Source: Christensenellaceae bacterium
Lineage (GTDB): Bacteria > Bacillota > Clostridia > Christensenellales > Borkfalkiaceae
DNA length: 47,157 nt
Assembly: GCA_016295005.1 (NCBI GenBank)
Contig: JAEDMA010000001.1
Location: 1-47,157, forward strand
Direction: 5' to 3'
Below are positions 25,311 to 34,574 of the stretch, one piece after another. Positions within the stretch are counted from its first letter, which is position 1. Each line of letters opens with the position of its first letter. The notes below the pieces were generated by a model. That model had not been told where the DNA came from. It saw nothing but the letters and a program-made list of their open reading frames with translations, and searched no databases. A program made the translations under genes and the position numbers.

Positions 25311-25362
25311 TTAAATTACCTCCTGTGGTACATTCGGGAATATTCCCTCCCACTTACGTTCC

Positions 25363-25788
25363 TTAGTCTACTACTTCGATACCCATACTTCTTGCAGTGC
25401 CGGCAATCATGCTCATAGCGCTTTCCAAAGTATTTGCGTTAAGGTCGGGCATCTTCAACTTAGCGATTTCTTCTACCTGAGCCTTGGTTATCTTCCCTAC
25501 TTTCTGTTTGTTGGGAACGCCGCTTGCTCTTTCCAGACCGCACGCCTTTTTGATAAGAACGGGAGCCGGGGGCGTTTTAAGAATAAAGGTGAAAGAACGG
25601 TCCTGATAAATCGTCATAACGACAGGGATTATCAATCCTTCTTTATCCTGAGTTTTCGCGTTGAATTCTTTCGTGAATCCCGGAATGTTGATACCGTGAG
25701 GACCTAAAGTAGAACCTACGGGCGGACCGGGTGTTGCCTTACCTGCGGGTAATTGCAATTTTACGATCGCTGTAACCTTCTTTGCCAT
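25363..25788 (-). CDS. rplK: 50S ribosomal protein L11
   Basis: [25 protein letters not shown]... The ATG at 25788 has SD GGAGG. The track's extra MEETI codons cover the SD. Confidence 0.97.
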   Translation of the reverse strand: MAKKVTAIVKLQLPAGKATPGPPVGSTLGPHGINIPGFTKEFNAKTQDKEGLIIPVVMTIYQDRSFTFILKTPPAPVLIKKACGLERASGVPNKQKVGKITKAQVEEIAKLKMPDLNANTLESAMSMIAGTARSMGIEVVD

Positions 25789-25887
25789 AATTGTTTCCTC
25801 CAAATGGTGGTGATATCGTCGCGCCAGTGTGTGAATTTAACGCGACTCCCACTATCAAAAACGGTTTTTAGCCGTTTCTTTTCGATT

Positions 25888-26448
25888 TTAGTTGTTTTCC
25901 GTTTCTTCCTGCGTGTTTTCCGCGCCGTTTATCTTCTTTATCTGAACGTACTCTACTTCTACTTCCGTCGTTCTGCCGAACATGGTAACTTTCGCTCTCG
26001 CTTTCTGCGCGCCGTCGTTAACCGACAAAAGTTCGCCCGTAAACGATTCCAACGGCCCCGATATAATCTGTACCACGTCGCCTACGTTAAATCCGACAAC
26101 GGAAACTTTTTCGAGTAACATTCTCGCAACTTCTTCTTCCGTTAAAGGAAGCGGTCTGCCCTGCGGACCTACGAACCCCGTAACGCCTCTCGTGTTGGTT
26201 ACGAGATACCAGATGTCGTTGCTGTATATCATTTTAAGGAAAACGTAACAAGGGAATTTCTTGCGGGTGACGACCTTCTTTTTGCCGTTAGCCTTTTCTT
26301 CGAGAGTTTCTTCCGTGGGAATCTGTATCTCGAAGATGTTTTCCTTCAAATTGTTATTTTCTATAAGTTTTTCAAGGCTGTCCTTCACCATCGCTTCGTA
26401 ACCCGAATACGTGTGAATTACGTACCATCTCGCTTCTTCGACTGCCAT
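25888..26448 (-). CDS. nusG: Transcription termination/antitermination factor NusG
   Basis: The N-terminus WYVIHTYSGYE and a KOW motif in the C-terminal part. Located between secE and rplK. Confidence 0.95.
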   Translation of the reverse strand: MAVEEARWYVIHTYSGYEAMVKDSLEKLIENNNLKENIFEIQIPTEETLEEKANGKKKVVTRKKFPCYVFLKMIYSNDIWYLVTNTRGVTGFVGPQGRPLPLTEEEVARMLLEKVSVVGFNVGDVVQIISGPLESFTGELLSVNDGAQKARAKVTMFGRTTEVEVEYVQIKKINGAENTQEETENN

Positions 26449-26467
26449 TTGCCCACCCGAATTAACC

Positions 26468-26737
26468 TTATTTCACTATCAGTTGCAAAAGCTCGAGAAG
26501 AGCAAAGTCAAAAGCCGAAATCACGACGAGAAACGCTAAAACCACGACGATTACGACGCCCGTCTGCTTTACCACCTTGGGAAAACCCGGCCAGCTTACT
26601 TTTTTAAGTTCGGAGAAAACGTCTTTAATCTTCCTTCCGAATCTAACGAATATGTTAGGCTTTTTGTTGGCTTTCTTTTTTTCTTTCTTGGGCGCTTCTA
26701 CGTTTGCCAAACTATCCTTTTCGAGCATTTTACTCAT
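26468..26737 (-). CDS. secE: Preprotein translocase subunit SecE
   Basis: 89 aa with a basic N-terminus, the motif ELKKVSWP and a single C-terminal TM. It sits in the conserved rpmG-secE-nusG context. Confidence 0.9.
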   Translation of the reverse strand: MSKMLEKDSLANVEAPKKEKKKANKKPNIFVRFGRKIKDVFSELKKVSWPGFPKVVKQTGVVIVVVLAFLVVISAFDFALLELLQLIVK

Positions 26738-26781
26738 AATAATACCCCTATAAAATAATTGCGGACCTTATCCGCCGCGAC

Positions 26782-26946
26782 TTATTTCGCTTCTTTATGA
26801 ACGGTGTGCTTTTTGCAGAATTTGCAATATTTATTGAGTTCTATTCTTTCAGCGTCGTTCTTCTTATTTTTAAATGTATCGTAATTTCTTTGTTTACATT
26901 CCGTACAAGCCAAAGTGATCTTGTTTCTTGCTCCTTTCGCTGCCAT
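26782..26946 (-). CDS. rpmG: 50S ribosomal protein L33 (54 aa)
   Basis: Not in the ORF track. Hand translation: [54 protein letters not shown]. The CxxC...CxxC zinc ribbon is typical of L33. Confidence 0.92.
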   Translation of the reverse strand: MAAKGARNKITLACTECKQRNYDTFKNKKNDAERIELNKYCKFCKKHTVHKEAK

Positions 26947-27000
26947 ATCAGTACCTTCCGAATATCAAAAAATTAACACCCCGTTCCGAGATGCTCTGTT

Positions 27001-27029
27001 ATTTTATCATTTATATTTTACTATGTCAA
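27001..27029 (-). promoter_or_regulatory. rpmG-secE-nusG promoter with an upstream A-tract (UP-like) region
   Basis: The minus strand reads TTGACA (27024-27029), a 17-nt spacer, then TAAAAT (27001-27006). Phased A-tracts and three GGGCAAA repeats occupy 27030-27100. Confidence 0.6.
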
Positions 27030-27192
27030 GGTTTTTTAACGATTTTTACGTTTTTTTGCCCGTTTTTTTGCATTTGCCCGTATTTTGCCCCTTTTTACAT
27101 AAAAAAATCGTTCATTTACTCCCTACGGGCGATTTTTATCCGCTCTTCGGCTTAAAAAAACGATTATTTTAAACATTATATAATTATTATAT

Positions 27193-28083
27193 TTATACCT
27201 TTTCGGCAGATACGGCAGCGGTCTTATCTTTTTCCTGCGTTTTTTCGGTAGTTTCGCCGATATATTTATTAAGCGGCGAATATATATCCGCCCGTTCGGT
27301 TATTTTTTCTATATCGAACTGAGAAAGTCTTTTCACGAGTTTATACACGTCTATAACGTTAAACCCGTCGCCGTCTAACAAAAAGAACAGTTTTTTTACG
27401 GGAATTTTTCCGTCCACGGCAAAATGTTTTACCGCCGCCCCTTTCGTCAGGCTTCTTTCGGTTTCCCCCGAAAACACTTTTATATACCTGTTTTCCTTTT
27501 TACAGGAAATCGCCCCGAAAAACACGAACGCCGCAAAAAACAGTATAGAGAGATTCATTTGGTTAAAACAGGTTAAAACGAACGCCGCCACGAGCAGCGC
27601 GGAAAACGCCACTCCTATTATTTTACAGATTTTAAGCGATTTTTCCCGTCCGCGTCTTGCCGACACGAAAGACTGCAATACCCTTCCGCCGTCAAGCGGA
27701 AACACGGGTATAAAGTTTATCGCCGCCATAGAAAGGTTGGCTTCCGCTATCATATCCGTAAAAGCGTATAAATCGGGGAAAATCCACCACGCCGCGACGC
27801 ACGCTGTTCCTACGGCAAGATTAAACAGCGGTCCCGCAAGCGCGACCGCAGTCTGGTCTTTCAGTTTTAATCCGTCTATATCCCCCGACGCCACCGCGCC
27901 GAAAGGCATCAGCGTGATTTCGTTAAGTTTATACCCTAATTTTTGCGCCGTTACAGAGTGAGCAAGCTCGTGCCCTACCGCGCAAATCGTATATATGGCG
28001 AACAGAAATATTCGCCCCGTGGCGGCGTAATATACTCCGAACAGAAAAAACAGGGGGTGTATTTTTACGTTTATACCGCCCAT
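27193..28083 (-). CDS. spoIVFB: M50 site-2 metalloprotease, SpoIVFB-like
   Basis: HELAHSV (HExxH) in a TM helix and FIPVFPLDGGRVL (NxxPxxxxDG-type motif). It overlaps the upstream LytM-like gene by 13 nt, as in a spoIVFA-spoIVFB operon. Confidence 0.7.
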   Translation of the reverse strand: MGGINVKIHPLFFLFGVYYAATGRIFLFAIYTICAVGHELAHSVTAQKLGYKLNEITLMPFGAVASGDIDGLKLKDQTAVALAGPLFNLAVGTACVAAWWIFPDLYAFTDMIAEANLSMAAINFIPVFPLDGGRVLQSFVSARRGREKSLKICKIIGVAFSALLVAAFVLTCFNQMNLSILFFAAFVFFGAISCKKENRYIKVFSGETERSLTKGAAVKHFAVDGKIPVKKLFFLLDGDGFNVIDVYKLVKRLSQFDIEKITERADIYSPLNKYIGETTEKTQEKDKTAAVSAEKV

Positions 28084-28862
28084 ATAACGGCGTTGCCGTC
28101 TACCGAGAAGTCGTTAAGCATTCTGCCGTCGCCGTCGAAAAAGCAAAGTTTCGCGTTTCCGCCGTTTACGTACCCCAAAGGTATGTTTCCGAACACCGTC
28201 TGCCCGTCTTCCACGTATATCATATCGAGTCCCATAAGCAAGGTTTTGAAGTTATCGCTGTGCTTTACTTCTACCGTATACGTTCCGTTCTCGTCTTTAC
28301 TTATCGCCGCAACCGTTCCGTCGCAGGGGGCGTATATACTGTTTTTACCGCTTATCGTGATTACGCCTTCGTTTACGTTAACCGTTCCGCTCGAAAGCAC
28401 CGGCTTAAAGTCGTCGTAATTTTTAACCGTGGTTTTTTCGCCGCCGAACACCCCTTTGATAAAAGTGTTTATGCCGCTATCCGCCATAAACGCGTCGGTT
28501 AAGAATATTCCGAGTACCAACGCCCCGATTACGCACAACTGAACGCCGATTATTCCGAACCTGCTACTTTTTTTCGCTTTTTTTTCGGCGATTCTTACCA
28601 TAGAAGTCGCTTCTTCACAGGCGTTTTCCGTTTCGCTTTTTTCAGGCAGAACGTTTTCGGCGAGTTCGGAATTTTCGGTAACAGCCGTTTCTTCCGTTAT
28701 CTGCGGTTCTGCGGCTTCGCCGTTGATTTTATCGAGCAACTGTTTTTTCACGTCTTCGTCTTTTTTCCGTCTTTTAAACAGTCTTTTTTTCGGCGGCTTA
28801 TAGGTAACCGTCGACGTTACCGGTATATCGAGCATTTTTGCATACTGAAGTTTCTCGTTCAT
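28071..28862 (-). CDS. spoIVFA: Membrane protein with a degenerate M23/LytM domain, SpoIVFA-like
   Basis: A basic N-terminus, one TM helix (GVQLCVIGALVLGIFL), and a C-terminal LytM-like fold (APCDGTVAAISKDENGTYTVEVKHSDNFKTLLMGL) that lacks the HxH zinc ligands. Operon partner of the M50 protease. Confidence 0.55.
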   Translation of the reverse strand: MNEKLQYAKMLDIPVTSTVTYKPPKKRLFKRRKKDEDVKKQLLDKINGEAAEPQITEETAVTENSELAENVLPEKSETENACEEATSMVRIAEKKAKKSSRFGIIGVQLCVIGALVLGIFLTDAFMADSGINTFIKGVFGGEKTTVKNYDDFKPVLSSGTVNVNEGVITISGKNSIYAPCDGTVAAISKDENGTYTVEVKHSDNFKTLLMGLDMIYVEDGQTVFGNIPLGYVNGGNAKLCFFDGDGRMLNDFSVDGNAVIWAV

Positions 28863-28923
28863 TTATTTTTCTCCTTTTCTTTGTCCGTTTATTATGTATA
28901 TATGAACGCCGCTTTTCGTTTAT

Positions 28924-28953
28924 GATAAAAAAAATCGCCCGTAAAGGCGATTT
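28924..28953 (-). terminator. Intrinsic terminator after ung
   Basis: The minus strand reads AAATCGCC-tttacg-GGCGATTT followed by a T8 run. Confidence 0.75.
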
Positions 28954-29053
28954 CGATTGTCGATTTACCATATATTTTGTCGGATTCGTTATTTTGCGTT
29001 TTTTCTCTGTAACACAGTACCGTTTCGCCGTGTTTTTACGGCGAAGGGAAAAA

Positions 29054-29103
29054 GCGTTTTACTTATTCCGGTCTATAGGCGTTTTACTTATTCCAGTCTA
29101 TAG
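29054..29103. repeat. 25-bp tandem duplication spanning the ung stop codon
   Basis: GCGTTTTACTTATTCCGGTCTATAG (29054-29078) is followed directly by GCGTTTTACTTATTCCAGTCTATAG (29079-29103), with one mismatch. Confidence 0.95.
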
Positions 29104-29749
29104 GCGCTTTACCTTGTTTCATAAGGTATTCGTTTGTTTTTATAAAATGTCCGTTCCCGAAAAAACCGTTATACGCCGAAAGCGGCGACGGGTGCGCGCT
29201 TTCTAAAATAAGGTGTTTGCTTCCGTCGATAAGCGATTTTTTGCTTCTTGCATTTCCTCCCCACAGCAAAAACACCACTCCGCTTTTATAATCGGATATT
29301 TTCTTTATTATTCCGTCGGTAAACCGTTCCCAGCCTTTGCCTTTATGCGAATTCGCCTGATGTTCTCTGACGGTCAGTACCGTATTGAGAAGCAGAACCC
29401 CTTGTTTTGCCCAACCGGTAAGGTCGCCGTCGGTTCTTGGCGGAACGCCCGTTTCCGACGATATTTCTTTATAAATATTTACGAGCGACGGCGGTTTTTC
29501 AATTCCCTTAGGCACGGAAAAAGAAAGCCCCATCGCCTGCCCCTTTTCGTGGTAAGGATCCTGCCCTAAAATTACCGCTTTTATTTCGGAAAAGGGCGTT
29601 ACTTTCATACTGTTGAAAATATCGTGCATATCGGGATATATCGTTCTCGAAAAATATTCGGTTTTTAAAAATTCTCTGAGAGACTTATAACTTTCGGACG
29701 AAAACTCGTCTTCTAAAATTTTATCCCATTCCTCGGAAATTTTTATCAT
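29084..29749 (-). CDS. ung: Uracil-DNA glycosylase
   Basis: Motifs GQDPYH, LLLNTVLTV and HPSPLSA. 221 aa. Confidence 0.95.
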   Translation of the reverse strand: MIKISEEWDKILEDEFSSESYKSLREFLKTEYFSRTIYPDMHDIFNSMKVTPFSEIKAVILGQDPYHEKGQAMGLSFSVPKGIEKPPSLVNIYKEISSETGVPPRTDGDLTGWAKQGVLLLNTVLTVREHQANSHKGKGWERFTDGIIKKISDYKSGVVFLLWGGNARSKKSLIDGSKHLILESAHPSPLSAYNGFFGNGHFIKTNEYLMKQGKAPIDWNK

Positions 29750-29771
29750 ATCGAAATAATAACATTTTTCT

Positions 29772-29800
29772 TTGACAAAATCAATATAGTTTTGTATAAT
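29772..29800 (+). promoter_or_regulatory. Consensus promoter of mntP
   Basis: TTGACA (29772-29777), a 17-nt spacer, then TATAAT (29795-29800). The leader is only about 25-30 nt. Confidence 0.65.
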
Positions 29801-29832
29801 TCGTTTTATCCGCTTAAAAAGAAGGTGTAACT

Positions 29833-30420
29833 ATGAGCGTTTGGGAAGTTGTTTTGATAGGCGTTGCTCTTTCAATGGACGCGTTCGCGATTACGATTGC
29901 GAATTGCGCCACATATAAAGATACTCTTAACAGAAAAAAAGAGTGGGCAATGCCCGTCGCTTTCGCAATCTTTCAGATTCTGATGCCGATTATAGGTTAT
30001 TACATAGGCAGTTTGTTTGCCGAATACATTTCGTCGGCGGCAAAGTACGTTACGGCGGCGATTTTCTTCGCTCTGGCGGCTAAAATCGTCATCGACAACG
30101 TAAAAGAAGCGAGAAAAGAAGAAACGGAAGAAAAAACAGCAGGAAACTTTACTTTTGGCATAATCACCCTGCAAGCGGTGGCGACCAGTATCGACGCGTT
30201 GGCGGTGGGCGTTACTTTCGCCGTTGAACTCGAATTTTCCGTATTCGTCGCCGCGGGTATTATCGGTGCGGTAACGTTCACCCTGGTTACGGCGGCGCTC
30301 TTTATCGGCAAGTTCTTGGGCGCTCTTTTAGGAAAATACGCACAGTGGACGGGAGCGTTCATTCTTTTCTTCCTTGCGGTTAAAAATTTTATAGAAGGTA
30401 TCAAAGGTATCATAGGTTAG
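29833..30420 (+). CDS. mntP: Manganese efflux pump MntP (DUF204)
   Basis: Two DUF204 repeats, each with the SxDA motif (LSMDAFAI and ATSIDALAV). 195 aa and 6 TM. Confidence 0.85.
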   Translation: MSVWEVVLIGVALSMDAFAITIANCATYKDTLNRKKEWAMPVAFAIFQILMPIIGYYIGSLFAEYISSAAKYVTAAIFFALAAKIVIDNVKEARKEETEEKTAGNFTFGIITLQAVATSIDALAVGVTFAVELEFSVFVAAGIIGAVTFTLVTAALFIGKFLGALLGKYAQWTGAFILFFLAVKNFIEGIKGIIG

Positions 30421-30435
30421 TTAAAAATAAATTTT

Positions 30436-30468
30436 CCCCCTTGCCAAAAAGGCAAGGGGGATTTTTTT
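30436..30468 (+). terminator. Intrinsic terminator after mntP
   Basis: CCCCCTTGCC-aaaaa-GGCAAGGGGG followed by ATTTTTTT. Confidence 0.9.
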
Positions 30469-30584
30469 GCAATTACGACGCCGAAACCGTGGCGTCGACG
30501 AAACGAATTTTACGATTTGTCGAACTCACCGATTATATCGACAATCATAAAAAGCGGCAGAGAGAAAAACATTCCGGCTCCCGT

Positions 30585-31676
30585 TTACGATTTTTTGTAA
30601 CCTTTAGCGCCGGTAATTTTTAATAAAGACGTAGAAAAATCTTTTATATACGTAGTGGAACAATTATATTCTTTTACGGTGTAATCCATAACTTCTTTAA
30701 GCGCCGCAAGGTATTCTTTGGGGGCGTTTACGAAAAGGTAATACGAAAGCGACCCCGGGACGGAATTTATTTCGTTTAAATAAACGGCTTCCCCCTTTAC
30801 CAAATAATCTATTCTGATTATCCCTTTAAATTTTAACGCGGCGTAAACTTTCGCCGTTGTTTCTTTTATTTTTACGGCAATCTCTTCGGGAATATCCGCC
30901 GGAAATTCTCTCCTTCCCTTTTCGTATTTGTCGCCGAAAGTAAGCACTTCGTCTTTTCCGAAAGGTCTTTCACATTCGGAAACGATTATCGTCCCCTTTC
31001 CGTTTTTATAAGCCGCGCAGTTAATTTCCACGAAGTCTTGCAAACATTTTTCGATAACGGCGCGTTTTCCGTACTTTAACGCGTCCAGCACGGCGAGGAT
31101 AAGTTCTTCTTTATCGTTCGCCTTAGCAATTCCTATACTCGACCCGGAACATGCGGGTTTAACTATCATAGGGTATCCGAGCCTTGCCGTTTTCTTTTCT
31201 AAATCGTAAAGATTTTCCGTCGCGACGTAAGGGAGCGTTTTTATTCCCATACCTTTAAGCGCGATCTTGGTTATTTCTTTATCCATACTGACGGCGGACG
31301 GCAACACCGACGGCGAAGCGAAAGGTATTTCGGTATGTTCCATAACGCCCGAAAGAGCGCCGCTTTCTCCGTTTCCCCCGTGCGAACAATTTACCGCGCA
31401 ATATATATCGGCAATGCGTTTTATTTTGTTCTTTCTTATCTCGTAAAGACCGTTATCGTTTAAAAACGTTACCCTTTTAAGTTTTTTATAGTCGAGTTTT
31501 ACGTACTCGTCTATATCGAACAATATTTCGCCCGTGTAAAACCCGTTTTTCTTATCGACGTACACGGGATAAACGGTAAACTCGTCTTTTAAAATATTGC
31601 AGGTCAGCACGCCGGTGATTACCGATATATCGTGTTCCACCGATTTGCCGCCGAAAAATACCACTACGTTTTTCAT
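30585..31676 (-). CDS. ddl: D-alanine--D-alanine ligase
   Basis: MKNVVVFFGGKSVEHDISVITG... with an ATP-grasp core (KPACSGSSIGI, NEINSVPGSL). The ATG at 31676 has SD GGAGG. Confidence 0.92.
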   Translation of the reverse strand: MKNVVVFFGGKSVEHDISVITGVLTCNILKDEFTVYPVYVDKKNGFYTGEILFDIDEYVKLDYKKLKRVTFLNDNGLYEIRKNKIKRIADIYCAVNCSHGGNGESGALSGVMEHTEIPFASPSVLPSAVSMDKEITKIALKGMGIKTLPYVATENLYDLEKKTARLGYPMIVKPACSGSSIGIAKANDKEELILAVLDALKYGKRAVIEKCLQDFVEINCAAYKNGKGTIIVSECERPFGKDEVLTFGDKYEKGRREFPADIPEEIAVKIKETTAKVYAALKFKGIIRIDYLVKGEAVYLNEINSVPGSLSYYLFVNAPKEYLAALKEVMDYTVKEYNCSTTYIKDFSTSLLKITGAKGYKKS

Positions 31677-31735
31677 AAAAAAACACCTCCGCAAAAATTT
31701 TCCGCTTTGGTGTTTCTCTTTATTTATCTTTAATT

Positions 31736-33433
31736 TTAGTTGTAGTTATCGGGTAAATCGTTTTCGAACAGCACGACGTCCCCTTCTTTTAAGAGTTCGT
31801 TAAGCGTTTCGTTGCCCTTTTTAAGATTCTTGGCAAACCTTATGTTCTTTTTATCCATACCGCCGTCGATAAGTCCGTTTACGATTATTTCGCCGTTATG
31901 GTTGCCTATAACTATTACTATATCCGCGTGGCGGGCAAGTTCTTTGCCGAAGTTGAAGTTCGCCACGTTTTCTTCTTTACCGAGTTCCACAAGTCCCGGA
32001 GTGACGACTATCTTTCTGCCGTCGAACACGTCTAACACTTCCATTGCGGCTTTCGTGCCGTCTACGCTGGCGTTGTAACTGTCGTCTATAATAACTACGT
32101 TTTTGTTGTTGGGTACGAGTTCCAGTCTGTGGCCTACGGAAGTTACCCTATTTAATCCCGTATATATCTCTTCGGGAGTTAGCCCCGCCTTATACGCCAC
32201 GCCGACGGCAAGGCAGATATTCGATATACTGTGCTTTCCTAAAAGTGAAGTTACGCAGTTAAGAGGCTCTTCCCCTTTAATGTTGAGAGTGAACGACGTT
32301 CCTTTACTGCTCGTTACCATATCCGACACGGTGACGAGATCTTCCTCGCCATTCAATCCGCAAAGATATTTTTCGCCGCCGAAACGTTTATAAAGTTCGA
32401 CGGAAAAATCGTTATCTGCGGTAAAAAAACCCTTTCCGTTTTCGGGAAGTCCTTCGAATAATTCGTACTTGGTGTTTTTGGTGTTTTCTATACTGCCGAA
32501 CGTTTCGAGATGCTGGTTATTAACCCCCGTAAGCACGCCGAAAGTCGGTTTTACGATGTTTACGAGTTCTTTTACGTCCCCTTTGGTTCTCGCCCCCATT
32601 TCGGCGATAAACACGTCGTGCGTGTCGTCGAGATTTTTAACCGTCAGCGCGATTCCGTAAGGGGTGTTATAAGAAGCCGGAGTGGATAGAATTCTGTATT
32701 TTACCGAAAGAAGGGTTTTTAATATCTCTTTGACGGTGGTTTTACCGTAGCTTCCGGTAATACCGATTCTTAAAACGTCGGAAGAATCGAGTTTTTGTTT
32801 GGCTTTGTTTATATAATAATATTTTACTATCGATTCGAACGGTTTATTTATACAATTCGAAAGAAAAAGTATATAAGGGGTTAAAACGGGCATTATGCAG
32901 ACGGGCGCAAATCTTAAAATTCCTATTACTTTATCTCCTATAACGTATGCCAGATAATTAAGCAAAAGAGCCAAACCCCAGGTGATAAACGCAGTGAGCA
33001 AGATAAAGACAATGGCGAGCCGAACGAGCCTTTTGGTTTTGCGCAACGGCACTTTCGCGTTTACGCTGCTTTCCGTATTTACGTATATAAGCGTAAACAA
33101 CATATATGAAAACAGTCCCACGTAGGAAACCGCTTCGTTTCCGTTTTCGTTGAAAAAGTAACCGAAAACGGGCGCGAAGCACATATTAAGCACGCAGAAA
33201 AACAATAGTCCTAAAAGGCTTAAAAGCATAAGTCTGCTTAAATAGGGCGTCTGACGGTGCTTCAACCATTTGAAAAATCTGCCGTTGCGGTAATCGCATT
33301 GCTGCATTACGAGAAAGAATTTTAACGACGCAAAGTAAAGCAGCAAGCCGTTACATAAAGACGCCGCCACGCTTACCCAGACGTATTCCGTCGTAAATAA
33401 AGAAGAAAAATTTTCAAGCCCTACAGGAAACAT
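31736..33433 (-). CDS. murF: MurF-type Mur ligase (UDP-MurNAc-tripeptide--D-Ala-D-Ala ligase-like) with an N-terminal polytopic membrane domain
   Basis: The P-loop GITGSYGKTT is at residues 225-232. The MurF-specific DDSYNAS, and GLVELG in place of the usual GDMxELG block, lie in the C-terminal part. Residues 1-200 form about five hydrophobic helices instead of the usual soluble N-domain. The ATG abuts the hydrolase stop (TAAATG). Confidence 0.7.
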   Translation of the reverse strand: MFPVGLENFSSLFTTEYVWVSVAASLCNGLLLYFASLKFFLVMQQCDYRNGRFFKWLKHRQTPYLSRLMLLSLLGLLFFCVLNMCFAPVFGYFFNENGNEAVSYVGLFSYMLFTLIYVNTESSVNAKVPLRKTKRLVRLAIVFILLTAFITWGLALLLNYLAYVIGDKVIGILRFAPVCIMPVLTPYILFLSNCINKPFESIVKYYYINKAKQKLDSSDVLRIGITGSYGKTTVKEILKTLLSVKYRILSTPASYNTPYGIALTVKNLDDTHDVFIAEMGARTKGDVKELVNIVKPTFGVLTGVNNQHLETFGSIENTKNTKYELFEGLPENGKGFFTADNDFSVELYKRFGGEKYLCGLNGEEDLVTVSDMVTSSKGTSFTLNIKGEEPLNCVTSLLGKHSISNICLAVGVAYKAGLTPEEIYTGLNRVTSVGHRLELVPNNKNVVIIDDSYNASVDGTKAAMEVLDVFDGRKIVVTPGLVELGKEENVANFNFGKELARHADIVIVIGNHNGEIIVNGLIDGGMDKKNIRFAKNLKKGNETLNELLKEGDVVLFENDLPDNYN

Positions 33434-34102
33434 TTACTTTCGGAGCAAAAACTCCTTCACCTCCCCGTTAAATTTCAGCGGCTTATCTATAAAACAAAAA
33501 TGCGCCGCGTTTTTTATTACGACAAGTTCGCTGTTTTCTATCCCTTTATGCAGCCTTTCCGCCATATAAAGGGGCGTTTCTTTGTCGTTTTCGCCGAACA
33601 CTATAAGCGTTCGGTTTTTTACGTACGGCAAAACGCCGTCTAAATGTTCGTTCACTATTTTGCAAAAACTTTCTTTCATTACGGGACTTAAAGAGAGATA
33701 ATCTTTGGAATAAAACCCTTTAAGCGCGCTTTTAGGCAAAAACCGCGATAAAATCTTAAACGTTTTGGTTTTTACCTTATACTTAAAACCACGTTCGGGT
33801 TTTAACCCCGCAGAGCCTGTAAGCACCAGTTTATCGAAAACGCCGCCGTTTTCCGCCGCCGCCTTTAACGCTATTCTTCCGCCGAAAGAATGGGCGATAA
33901 CGTGCGGTTTTACTATTCCCCTTTTATACATATACTCTCTGACTTCGTTTACGTAATCGGAAAGGGAATAAGGATAATCCATACCCTTATTTTCGCCGAA
34001 ACCTTTTAAGTCGAATGCGTACGTATCGAAATATTCGGAAAAAAACGGAATCTGTAAAGAAAAACTCTCTTTACACGATAAATAGCCGTGCAGAAACAGC
34101 AA
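33434..34102 (-). CDS. Alpha/beta hydrolase
   Basis: LFLHGY oxyanion region and nucleophile elbow AHSFGG. The start is uncertain (TTG at 34102 without a good SD). Confidence 0.75.
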   Translation of the reverse strand: MLFLHGYLSCKESFSLQIPFFSEYFDTYAFDLKGFGENKGMDYPYSLSDYVNEVREYMYKRGIVKPHVIAHSFGGRIALKAAAENGGVFDKLVLTGSAGLKPERGFKYKVKTKTFKILSRFLPKSALKGFYSKDYLSLSPVMKESFCKIVNEHLDGVLPYVKNRTLIVFGENDKETPLYMAERLHKGIENSELVVIKNAAHFCFIDKPLKFNGEVKEFLLRK

Positions 34103-34139
34103 CGGTTTTTCATTGGTAAAAAGAGCGTCGTTATTCGTA

Positions 34140-34574
34140 CTATAACTCCTTTTTGTATATTACGGCGTTCTCGCCGTCATTATAATACTTTTTCCTTACG
34201 GAAACTATATTAAAACCGAATTTTTCGTAAAGACTTCTGGCGACCGGATTTTTCTCTCTGACTTCGAGAAAAACTTCCCTTACCCCTTTCCCTTTCAAGT
34301 CTATTAACGCGTATTCCGCAAGCGAAGAAGATATTTTCTTACCTCTTTCATCGGGGATTACGAAAACGTCTTCTATATCGGCGGAATCCGCCGCTACCGA
34401 GTAACTTATATAGGCGACGAATTCTTCTTTTTCGTTAAACGCGCCGAAAACGAAAAACCTTCCGCTGTTAAAAGATTCTTTCAGAACGTTTAAGTTCCAC
34501 CCGTCGGGGAAATATTTTTCGTTTACTTCGGCGATTTTTTCGGCGAACGCTTCCGTCAGCGGTTTTATCGTCAT
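34140..34574 (-). CDS. rimI: Ribosomal-protein-alanine N-acetyltransferase RimI
   Basis: A GNAT fold in the conserved tsaE-tsaB-rimI order. It overlaps the tsaB stop by 4 nt. Confidence 0.8.
   Translation of the reverse strand: MTIKPLTEAFAEKIAEVNEKYFPDGWNLNVLKESFNSGRFFVFGAFNEKEEFVAYISYSVAADSADIEDVFVIPDERGKKISSSLAEYALIDLKGKGVREVFLEVREKNPVARSLYEKFGFNIVSVRKKYYNDGENAVIYKKEL

Noticed and set aside
29750-29832. Expected yybP-ykoY manganese riboswitch upstream of mntP
   Set aside because: The consensus promoter -10 ends at 29800 and the ATG is at 29833. The leader is therefore only about 25-30 nt, too short for the aptamer, and no GGGGAGTAG-type core is present.
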